DNA of 64,000 bases from an uncultured Gammaproteobacteria bacterium (GTDB lineage Bacteria > Patescibacteriota > Patescibacteriia > Buchananbacterales > UBA6539), in assembly GCA_964535715.1 (NCBI GenBank), contig CAZHUO010000003.1, positions 256-64,255 on the forward strand. The letters are read 5' to 3'. Positions 9,659 through 17,360 of the stretch are shown one piece after another; position 1 is the first letter of the stretch; every line of letters starts with the position of its first letter. The notes under the pieces were generated by a model. It saw only the letters and a list, made by a program, of their open reading frames with translations, was not told where the DNA came from and made no database searches. A program made the translations under genes and the position numbers.

Positions 9659-11078
9659 CAGAATTGTCTTAATATCATTGTATGATTTAGATTCCATAGC
9701 GATTCGAACCCTTCATTCTCTTTTAGAAAAAAATAAATTTGATGTATCTTCTATTTTTTTCGGTGAGACGGTTCATAATGTTGACATGCCTGTTTTGTCA
9801 GTAAGCCAAGTTAAAAGTTTGCTTAAACTTATAGAAGATGTTGATCCGGTTTTAGTCGGAATTAGTGTTAAATCTTTATTTTTCAACATAGCTAGCAAAT
9901 TAACTAATGAAATAAAGAAAAAATTGAATATAAAGGTTATATGGGGAGGTATTCATCCAACAATAATGCCAGATAATTGTCTTAAATTTTCAGATATGGT
10001 GTGTGTTGGAGAGGGGGAAGGATTGATATTGGATTTGATGAATAGATTATCGAGAGATAGGCCGATAGACGATATTAATAATTTATGGCTGAATATAGCA
10101 GGAAAAGTCATCAATAATAACTTACGGCCTTTAATCCAAAATTTAGATTCAATACCTTCGACGGATTTTTCTAACCATAAAAAGTATTTTATTAAGAATG
10201 ATGGCCATATTTATAATCCAAATCAGGTAAAGGAGAAATATTATTTTTGTCTTACAACTCGTGGCTGTCCGCTTAACTGCTCTTATTGCTATGGTAGCGT
10301 GCTGAGAAGGATTTATCACAATAAGGGTAATTATTTAAGAAGAAGAGGTGTAAATAATGTAATAGAGGAATTAGTGTCTGTAAAGAAGAATTTCAAGAAT
10401 TTAAAGTTTATATTTTTTACTGATGATGTATTTACTTTTGACATCGATTGGTTGTTTGACTTTTCGAAGAAATATAAGAAAAATATAAATATACCATTTC
10501 GTTGTTATTGTCACCCTAAAATGCTTAATGAAAAAATTTTAAAAATTCTAAAATATGCTGGAGTTGAAAAAATAAAAATTGGCATACAATCTGGATCTGA
10601 GGTAATAAGGCATGACTATCTGAAAAGGTATGATACCAATAAGGAGATAATAGTGGTTGCTAAGCTGTTAAAGAAATATAAAGTCAGTTGCCACTATGAT
10701 TTAATTGTTGATAATCCTTTAGAATCGGAAGAAGATAAGTTGGAAACCTTAAATTTATTGTTAGAATTGCCTCGACCATTTGAACTCTCTACCTTTATTT
10801 TAACTAATTTCCCCGGAACAGATCTTACAAAATTATTTGTAGATAAAGGAATAATTTATGAGGATGATGTAGAGGGTAGCGATAAAATAACTAGCAAATG
10901 GAGGCCAGAATTGGATTTTTCTAGAGGAAATGACTATGTATTTTGGAACACTTTGTATCATTTGGTTAAAAAAAATTATATACCTAAAAAATTTATAATT
11001 AAATTAAGTAAAAATTATTTTTTCAAAAATAATCCAAGGCCAGTTGCTACTTTGATGAAGCATATATTAAAAAATTAA
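9651..11078 (+). CDS. B12-binding-domain radical SAM protein (class B radical SAM)
   Basis: N-terminal Rossmann-like B12-binding region. CPLNCSYC (CxxxCxxC) radical SAM cluster motif at about residue 206. Confidence 0.7.
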   Translation: MNNRIVLISLYDLDSIAIRTLHSLLEKNKFDVSSIFFGETVHNVDMPVLSVSQVKSLLKLIEDVDPVLVGISVKSLFFNIASKLTNEIKKKLNIKVIWGGIHPTIMPDNCLKFSDMVCVGEGEGLILDLMNRLSRDRPIDDINNLWLNIAGKVINNNLRPLIQNLDSIPSTDFSNHKKYFIKNDGHIYNPNQVKEKYYFCLTTRGCPLNCSYCYGSVLRRIYHNKGNYLRRRGVNNVIEELVSVKKNFKNLKFIFFTDDVFTFDIDWLFDFSKKYKKNINIPFRCYCHPKMLNEKILKILKYAGVEKIKIGIQSGSEVIRHDYLKRYDTNKEIIVVAKLLKKYKVSCHYDLIVDNPLESEEDKLETLNLLLELPRPFELSTFILTNFPGTDLTKLFVDKGIIYEDDVEGSDKITSKWRPELDFSRGNDYVFWNTLYHLVKKNYIPKKFIIKLSKNYFFKNNPRPVATLMKHILKN

Positions 11079-11096
11079 TTATATAAGAAAGTATTT

Positions 11097-11540
11097 ATGA
11101 AAATAACAATTTGTGGCAGCATTTCTTTCTTTGACGAAATGAATGAAATTAAGTCAAAGCTAGAAAAAATGGGACATAAAGTAAAATGTCCTCTGTATGA
11201 AATTAAAAACCATAACGGTGAGAAGATATCTGATCGAGAGTATTACGAGATTAGAAAGAAATCAACTCACCGTAAAAAATGGGTTTGGGAACAGAAAGGA
11301 GAGGCAATTAAGGAGCATTTTCGTAAGGTTATGTGGTCTGATATTATTCTAGTTGTTAATCATGACAAGGGTGATATTAAGGGATACATAGGTCCGAATA
11401 CTTTAATGGAAATGGGATTAGCTTTTTTCAAAAATAAAAAAATATTTTTGTATAATAAAATTCCAAACATTCCTTTGCGCGAAGAAGTATTAGGCCTAAA
11501 GCCTATTGTAATTGATAAAAATCTTAAAATGATTCAGTAG
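11097..11540 (+). CDS. Nucleoside 2-deoxyribosyltransferase-like (flavodoxin-like fold) small protein
   Basis: N-terminal MKITICGS. C-terminal GPNTLMEMGLAFF with a candidate Glu nucleophile, as in the NDT/PnuC-associated family. The assignment is tentative. Confidence 0.3.
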   Translation: MKITICGSISFFDEMNEIKSKLEKMGHKVKCPLYEIKNHNGEKISDREYYEIRKKSTHRKKWVWEQKGEAIKEHFRKVMWSDIILVVNHDKGDIKGYIGPNTLMEMGLAFFKNKKIFLYNKIPNIPLREEVLGLKPIVIDKNLKMIQ

Positions 11541-11576
11541 CTTTACTTAAGTGGCATTTTCAGTTATAATATTTTT

Positions 11577-12608
11577 ATGTTAAACGAAATCGAAAAATTA
11601 AAAGAGTCATTTAACCAGGAAATTGATGCTATTTCTAATATTGACATGCTAGATAAGCTAGAGGTTGATTATTTGGGCAGGAAATCCGGTAAGTTGAATA
11701 ATATATTACGTGGGCTTAAAGACTTATCAGAAGATGACCGTAAGAAAATTGGTTCTTTGGCTAATCAGTTAAGAAAAGAAATTGAAGGAAGAATTGTATC
11801 TAAACGGAAAGAGTTGTCTCACAGTAAGTCTAGCGTAGAGTTTTTAGATGTTACTCTACCAGGGACTAAGTTACCGGAAGGGCATCTGCATTTAGTAACC
11901 CAGGCGATAAGGGAAATAACCCACATATTTGAAAGGATAGGTTTCACTCGGGTTAAATACCCGGAAGTTGAGTGGGATTATTATGCTTTTGAAGCTTTGA
12001 ATATGCCACCTGATCATCCGGCTCGTGATGAATGGGAGACTTTTTTTATTGATAAAGATCCGGTAGGCCCTAAAGGTAAAAGAGTTTTAACCCCTCACAC
12101 TTCTTCCGGCCAGGTTAGAGAGATGGAAAGAGGAAAATTGCCGATACGAATGATTAATATTTCTAAGTGTTATAGGCGACAGGCTGATGTTTCCCATTTA
12201 GCGATGTTTCATCAGTTTGAAGGACTATTAATTGATGAGCATGTAACTATTGCAAATTTAAAAGGAACCCTTGAATATTTTTTCAAAAATTATTATGGTC
12301 CAGACAGGCAATATCGTTTAAGGCCTTTTCATTTCAGATTTACTGAGCCGAGTTTTGAAATTGATGTTTCTTGTGATCTCTGCAAAGGCAAGGGATGCAA
12401 GATGTGTAAAGCTGGCTGGCTTGAACTTGGTGGCGCCGGGATGGTTCATCCTAATGTTTTGAAAGCTGGAAAAATTGACCCCAATAAATATTCTGGCTTT
12501 GCTTTTGGCTGGGGCGTTGAAAGAGTATTTTTAATGAAGCCGGGATTGAATATCCCTGATATTAGAATGCTGTATAATAATGATTTGAGATTTTTGCAGC
12601 AATTTTAA
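11577..12608 (+). CDS. pheS: Phenylalanine--tRNA ligase alpha subunit
   Basis: Class II motifs: TSSGQVR, FHQFEGLLID, GWLELGGAGMVHPNVL and GFAFGWGVERV. It carries a 4-Cys insertion (CDLCKGKGCKMCK). No pheT follows. Confidence 0.9.
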   Translation: MLNEIEKLKESFNQEIDAISNIDMLDKLEVDYLGRKSGKLNNILRGLKDLSEDDRKKIGSLANQLRKEIEGRIVSKRKELSHSKSSVEFLDVTLPGTKLPEGHLHLVTQAIREITHIFERIGFTRVKYPEVEWDYYAFEALNMPPDHPARDEWETFFIDKDPVGPKGKRVLTPHTSSGQVREMERGKLPIRMINISKCYRRQADVSHLAMFHQFEGLLIDEHVTIANLKGTLEYFFKNYYGPDRQYRLRPFHFRFTEPSFEIDVSCDLCKGKGCKMCKAGWLELGGAGMVHPNVLKAGKIDPNKYSGFAFGWGVERVFLMKPGLNIPDIRMLYNNDLRFLQQF

Positions 12609-12623
12609 CTTAATAGTTTCAAT

Positions 12624-12663
12624 AATAAAAAAATGACTACCGCCGATAGTATAAACGGTAGTC
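12624..12663 (-). terminator. Minus-strand intrinsic terminator for the PheRS-like gene
   Basis: GACTACCG...CGGTAGTC hairpin followed by T7 on the minus strand. Confidence 0.6.
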
Positions 12664-12671
12664 GTTTGCAT

Positions 12672-13796
12672 TTACGAAAGGTAGCCGTGAGTGCCACTTT
12701 GGTTTACGCCCAGGTAGACCCGGTTGCGTAACTCATTGGCTTCCTCTTGGAGCAATGATCTCTCGTGAGACCTGAGGACAATTCTTGCCAGGATATTCTT
12801 TTGACCTGGCTTTATCCCGAGGCGTTGGATTGCCTGCGGAGGCAGATCGTCATACGCCGTTTCCGACAAGATGGTTACTTCTTCCAATATCTCTACCTTG
12901 TCGTCCATAGCATCTCTTATCGCCTCGCAGATGTCTTCCTCGGTGCATTCGTTAGCCACCGAAAATGACATGTCCTGTCGAACGGGAGGATACTTTGAGA
13001 CTGGCTGGTAGTGATCGAGATTGGCCATCTGACGCTTGATTCTTGGATCTTCCGATCGGAGAATACGAATGTCGTCGATGCCCTTGATAATCATCACCAG
13101 TCGATCCAATCCCATACCCATCGCCAGCCCGGAATATTCCTCTGGGTTTAATCCGGCGTCGTTCAGGACCTCAGGATGAGCTTCGCCACATTCTAGGACT
13201 TCCAGCCACTCGCCTTTAACGAGAATCTCCACCTCTAGACCGTTGATAGTGTAGGGATGTTTCACCTCGTTCGCCCGATATTCACAACCAGGCACGACAA
13301 GTGAGATTACGGTCTCGATCAGAGAAATCAGTGCCTGACGTTCAAGTCGAGGTTCACCTTTCCTGACTCGCCAGATGTCCAGCTGATGCGGTTCGCCACA
13401 ATGGGTCTTGTTGACAACGTCACGGCGATAGCATATCCCCGGACAAATAACGAGATAGTCATCGACACCTCTTTCCCTTGCCTTCTGTAGAACGTCGGGG
13501 ATCATCGCTGAAGTGTGCGTCCTTAAGACTGTGTCATGGGACACATATCTCGTGTAGATTGAAGACCTGCCCGTATTGTCTTTAGGGAAACGCAGCCTGT
13601 CGAAATTGTTGGCCACCGTGGTTATTGGATTGGTTCTCACCACTTCTGGCGTTGGCCAATCCGCAAGCTCGATGAAACCGGTTACCAGTTTCTGAACAAC
13701 AAGGTTGATGGCGTGAATACCATTTTTTGGATCGGAAAGATCCGGGATCGCTAGAGTTTCCCTTAGTCTTCTCTCGGTCATCACTTCTATTCTCAT
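12672..13796 (-). CDS. Monomeric (mitochondrial-type) PheRS-like protein with a PheS class II catalytic core fused to a C-terminal FDX-ACB anticodon-binding-like domain. It is GC-rich. The start is probably at the internal Met preceded by AGGAGG; the ORF track extends it to 13841.
   Basis: Class II motifs LRTHTS, ICPGICYRRD, WLEVLECGEAHPEVL and YSGLAMGMGLDRL. The C-terminal ~100 aa resemble the FDX-ACB domain of PheT and mitochondrial PheRS. The coding GC is about 50%. Confidence 0.65.
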   Translation of the reverse strand: MRIEVMTERRLRETLAIPDLSDPKNGIHAINLVVQKLVTGFIELADWPTPEVVRTNPITTVANNFDRLRFPKDNTGRSSIYTRYVSHDTVLRTHTSAMIPDVLQKARERGVDDYLVICPGICYRRDVVNKTHCGEPHQLDIWRVRKGEPRLERQALISLIETVISLVVPGCEYRANEVKHPYTINGLEVEILVKGEWLEVLECGEAHPEVLNDAGLNPEEYSGLAMGMGLDRLVMIIKGIDDIRILRSEDPRIKRQMANLDHYQPVSKYPPVRQDMSFSVANECTEEDICEAIRDAMDDKVEILEEVTILSETAYDDLPPQAIQRLGIKPGQKNILARIVLRSHERSLLQEEANELRNRVYLGVNQSGTHGYLS

Positions 13797-13866
13797 TGTA
13801 TTCACCTCCTTTCTCTGTAAGGTTTGAGTTTCAAAGGTCATTATTTCCTAACTAGGAAATCATTTT

Positions 13867-13895
13867 ATATTATTACTATTTGGCTTTAATGTCAA
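13867..13895 (-). promoter_or_regulatory. Sigma70-like promoter (TTGACA-17-TAATAT on the minus strand), with a TTCCTA-AC-TAGGAA palindrome at 13845-13858 between promoter and RBS
   Basis: Read directly on the minus strand. The promoter region is AT-rich like the host, in contrast to the GC-rich coding sequence. Confidence 0.4.
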
Positions 13896-13922
13896 GGTAA
13901 AATTTGTTATACTTAAGTTACT

Positions 13923-14339
13923 ATGGAAATCCGTCAAGCTAAAACTAAAAAAGATTTTATCTACGTTGCTTCTTTGTTTAACCCGAAAAACAATGAATAT
14001 ATTTGGCCGAAAACTCAAACCGCTAAGCAAGTTAAATAAAATTGTAGTGAGAACAAACGCTATTATATTTTATTAGTTAAGAATAAACCAGTTGGCTGGT
14101 TTAACATTCGTTTGTCCGACAGTAAAGAAGCAACCATTGGAATAATTATTGACTATCCCTACCGAGGTCAAGGTTTTGGTAAACAAGCCATAGCGTTGAT
14201 TAAAAAGGAAGCCAAGAAGTTGGGAATGAAAAAGTTAAGATTGGAAGTTTTTGTTGACAATAAACCGGCCGTCAGCCTCTACAAAAAATCAGATTTTAAA
14301 ACAACTGCGAAGGTATTGGTAATGGAAAACAAGCTTTAA
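13923..14339 (+). pseudogene. GNAT N-acetyltransferase interrupted by one in-frame TAA at 14037-14039
   Basis: N-terminal 38 codons (MEIRQAKTKKDFIYVASLFN...), then TAA, then the same frame continues through ...YILLVKNKPVGWFNIRL...RGQGFGKQAIALIKKEAKKLGMKKLRLEVFVDN (GNAT motif A). Confidence 0.6.
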
Positions 14340-14354
14340 ATTTTTTTATTAAAT

Positions 14355-14768
14355 ATGAATCAAAGAGTCAGGGCAATTATTATTAGACAAAATAAAATAC
14401 TTCTTATAAAAAGAGTAAAACCGAATGAAACTTATTGGGTAATTCCCGGCGGCGGTATTGAAAAAGGCGAGACAAAAGAACAGGCATTGATCAGAGAAAT
14501 CAAGGAAGAACTAGGCTTAGATATTAAACCAAAAGAATTATTCTTGAAAAGAAAATCAGACAAGTCTGGCATGGAAGGCATAACTGAATATTTTTTCACG
14601 GCTGACATTGTTGGCGGTAAACTTGGATCCGGTAAAGGCCCTGAATATGAACCGAATTCTAGTTATCAAGGTAAATATGAATTAGAATGGGTAGATATTT
14701 TTGATTTGTCTAAAATTGATTTAAAACCCCAAGAAGTTAAAGACTTAATTATCAAATTATTTAAATGA
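14355..14768 (+). CDS. NUDIX hydrolase
   Basis: Nudix box GGGIEKGETKEQALIREIKEELGL. Confidence 0.8.
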   Translation: MNQRVRAIIIRQNKILLIKRVKPNETYWVIPGGGIEKGETKEQALIREIKEELGLDIKPKELFLKRKSDKSGMEGITEYFFTADIVGGKLGSGKGPEYEPNSSYQGKYELEWVDIFDLSKIDLKPQEVKDLIIKLFK

Positions 14769-14769
14769 A

Positions 14770-15375
14770 ATGAAAAGATTACTTTTAACATCTCATGGCT
14801 TTTCTGATGAACCTGTCCGTAAGGCATTTTTAAAATTATTAGATAAGCCAGTAAAAAATTTAACCGCCGCCATAATTACCACAGCCTCGGTTGATCATAA
14901 AGAAAATAATAAATATGCTGTCTCAACCAAAGAGTATTTTGAAAAATTGGGATTCAAAGAAGTTGAGTTTGCTGACATAGAATTTGATGATCCAAATATA
15001 CTTAAAAATTTTGATTTCATCTATATAAACGGTGGTAATACATTTTATCTCTTACACCACCTCAAGAAAAGTGGTGCCGATGAAGTATTAAAAGAAATAG
15101 CCGACAAAGCTATTTTAGTCGGCACCAGCGCCGGTGCTGTAGTTTTGGGGCCGGATACTAAAATCGCAGCCGAGTTTGACGACGAGCGAAATACGGTCGG
15201 ACTAAAGGATTTTTCAGCCTTAGATTTAACTGATATTATTGTCATCCCTCATTATCGCGAGGAATTAGAAAGCGACATTAAAAATTTTGAAAAAGAAAAT
15301 AGCTGTAAAGTGACTAGATTAAAAGACGGCCAGGCAGTGAGTATAATGGGTAATAAAGTTGAATTTATCGGATAG
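14770..15375 (+). CDS. Peptidase E / S51 family (class I glutamine amidotransferase-like) dipeptidase
   Basis: YINGGNTFYLL ... LVGTSAGAVV (Ser nucleophile context of PepE/cyanophycinase-like enzymes). Confidence 0.7.
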   Translation: MKRLLLTSHGFSDEPVRKAFLKLLDKPVKNLTAAIITTASVDHKENNKYAVSTKEYFEKLGFKEVEFADIEFDDPNILKNFDFIYINGGNTFYLLHHLKKSGADEVLKEIADKAILVGTSAGAVVLGPDTKIAAEFDDERNTVGLKDFSALDLTDIIVIPHYREELESDIKNFEKENSCKVTRLKDGQAVSIMGNKVEFIG

Positions 15376-15666
15376 ACTATTTATGCTATAAAAGTTTGAT
15401 TAAGTCAAATTTTTTTACTCATTTTTTCTTTTTATACTGTTGCATTCATCTCATTTACCCTGACCCATTCGACTTCGCTCAGGGTCACCTCGAGTGGAAT
15501 CGAGAGGTGACCGACCCCCGTCAGAACTCATTCTCAAAAGACCCCTGAAACCTTGCCAATAATTGGTTCCAGACCGCAGTGCGGAGCTGAGGATTTTTTG
15601 TTTAGGCAGTCACAGTGGTAGAGTCCCGCGAATGCGGGGTTAACCAATCGGTTCCTGGTTCTGCGC

Positions 15667-15745
15667 CACCTTAATTAATCAAAAAGGCGCATCCCCGCCA
15701 TAGGCGGACAAGCGTCTACGGCGGAGAGTCCAGGCCGCGGAGTAA
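15667..15745. repeat. GC-rich hairpin/pseudoknot-capable repeat, copy A. It is the first unit of a ~114-bp tandem repeat.
   Basis: AAAGGCGCATCCCCGCCATAGGCGGACAAGCGTCTACGGCGG. The unit recurs at 15781 and 45398. Confidence 0.6.
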
Positions 15746-15780
15746 AGGGCTTATTTTATTAAAAAAAATCGTTTCTGCTT

Positions 15781-15880
15781 CACCTTAATTGACTAAAAAG
15801 GCGCATCTTCTCCATAGGCTGACAAGCGCCTCTGACAGGGATTCCAGGCCGCGGCGCCGAGGATTTTTAAAATTAAAAAA
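15781..15880. repeat. GC-rich repeat copy B (tandem with A, period ~114 bp)
   Basis: CACCTTAATTGACTAAAAAGGCGCATCTTCTCCATAGGCTGACAAGCGCCTCTGACAGGGATTCCAGGCCGCGG aligns with copy A, including its flanks. Confidence 0.6.
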
Positions 15881-15924
15881 AAACCATTTTTTCTGGCTTC
15901 TTTTTTTGTGTTAAAATTATTTTT

Positions 15925-17199
15925 TTAGCTGAATATTTTTTTAAATTCTTCCAAGACAACATTTTTATCATTCCAATTAATCTTTTTTCCATCAGCCAGG
16001 CACATTGAATTTTCCGATCCTTTACCGGTGATTATTACCACATCATCTTTATTGGCAGATTTTAGAGCCTCTGCTATTGCTTTTCTTCGATCAATCATTT
16101 TTTTGGCTGAAGTATTATTTTTGGCTATTTCGTTAATTATTGCCATCGGATCTTCATCGTAGGGGTCTTCATTTGTAATAATTGTTTGATCGCAATATTT
16201 TGAAGCCAGTTTGCCTAAAATCGGCCTTTTCCATTTATCTCTGCCGCCGCCGCAAGACCCTAAAACACATATTAATTTGTTTTTTTGGCTTTCGGTTTTT
16301 AGCGTTTGATATGCCTTTTCCAATGAATCGGGGGTAACGGCATAATCAACAAATACTTTATAAGGTGCGGAAATTATTTGTTCCATCCTGCCGGGCATTA
16401 TTTTTATTTTATTTAAGGCATTTTTACAAACATTTAAACTGATATTTTGTGAAAGCCCCAAGGATACAGCCGCCAGCGCATTGTAGATATTGAATTTGCC
16501 CAAAAGATTAAGGCGAAACTTAACACCATCTAAATAAAAGACGGAACCGTCTTTCAAGCATTGATAATCTTTTGTGGCAATTTTCTTTATGTCAAGAAAT
16601 TTATTTGTATTTTTAAGTTTTAGACTGTATAAGTATTTTTTCTCCGACTTAAAATTAAGGAAGTATTCAAAATTATCATCATCAGAATTAATTATATGAA
16701 TATTTTTATTAAGCCTGAAAAGTTCACCTTTTGACTTAAGATAATTTTCAAAACCGCCGTGTGCTTCCAAGTGTTCCGGTGTAACATTGGTAATTATAAC
16801 TGCTTCAAAATCAATAAACCTATGACGATGTTGCTTTATGCCTTCTGAGCTTACTTCAACTACGACATATTGGCAATTTTTTGAAACAGCTTGCCGTAAT
16901 AATTTTTGCAAAGAAAATCTGCCCGGCATTGTCATTCTTGAATCGTTAGGCCAGCTTTTTTCTCTTATTTGAAAATAGACAGAAGACGAAACGGCAATTT
17001 CAAAGCCGGCTTCTTTTAGAATTTCCGAAATCATTCTGACTACGGTTGATTTTCCGTTTGTTCCGGTTACACCGATAACTTTTATTTTTTTGGAAGGATA
17101 TCTGTAAATCATGCAAGCCAAAAAAGCCATGCATAAATGGTAAAAACTAAACGCTGATTTTGGCAGAATTTTTTTAAAAATTGATTTAATATTTTGCAT
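15925..17199 (-). CDS. Mur ligase family protein (MurE/MurT/CapB-like; lacks the MurE N-terminal domain)
   Basis: P-loop VIGVTGTNGKSTV. Mur ligase middle and C-terminal domain patterns are present. Confidence 0.7.
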   Translation of the reverse strand: MQNIKSIFKKILPKSAFSFYHLCMAFLACMIYRYPSKKIKVIGVTGTNGKSTVVRMISEILKEAGFEIAVSSSVYFQIREKSWPNDSRMTMPGRFSLQKLLRQAVSKNCQYVVVEVSSEGIKQHRHRFIDFEAVIITNVTPEHLEAHGGFENYLKSKGELFRLNKNIHIINSDDDNFEYFLNFKSEKKYLYSLKLKNTNKFLDIKKIATKDYQCLKDGSVFYLDGVKFRLNLLGKFNIYNALAAVSLGLSQNISLNVCKNALNKIKIMPGRMEQIISAPYKVFVDYAVTPDSLEKAYQTLKTESQKNKLICVLGSCGGGRDKWKRPILGKLASKYCDQTIITNEDPYDEDPMAIINEIAKNNTSAKKMIDRRKAIAEALKSANKDDVVIITGKGSENSMCLADGKKINWNDKNVVLEEFKKIFS

Positions 17200-17360
17200 T
17201 TTGACTTTCTATTTATTTTGCCTATATAAATGATATAATAATATTGATTATTTTGCCAGCTTGAATTATAATTCGCGAAATTTGACGCCATTTGGCAGTT
17301 TATTTGTTTGTTATTTTCTGTTATAATTATTTTTAGATTAAGTAATTGATATAATATTAC

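Noticed and set aside
15560-15670. tRNA-like or tmRNA-like 3' end (GGTAGAG ... GGTTCC ... GCGCCACC)
   Set aside because: A cloverleaf cannot be built on either strand. There is no T-loop GTTCRANYC, no acceptor/3' complementarity and no tag-peptide reading frame.
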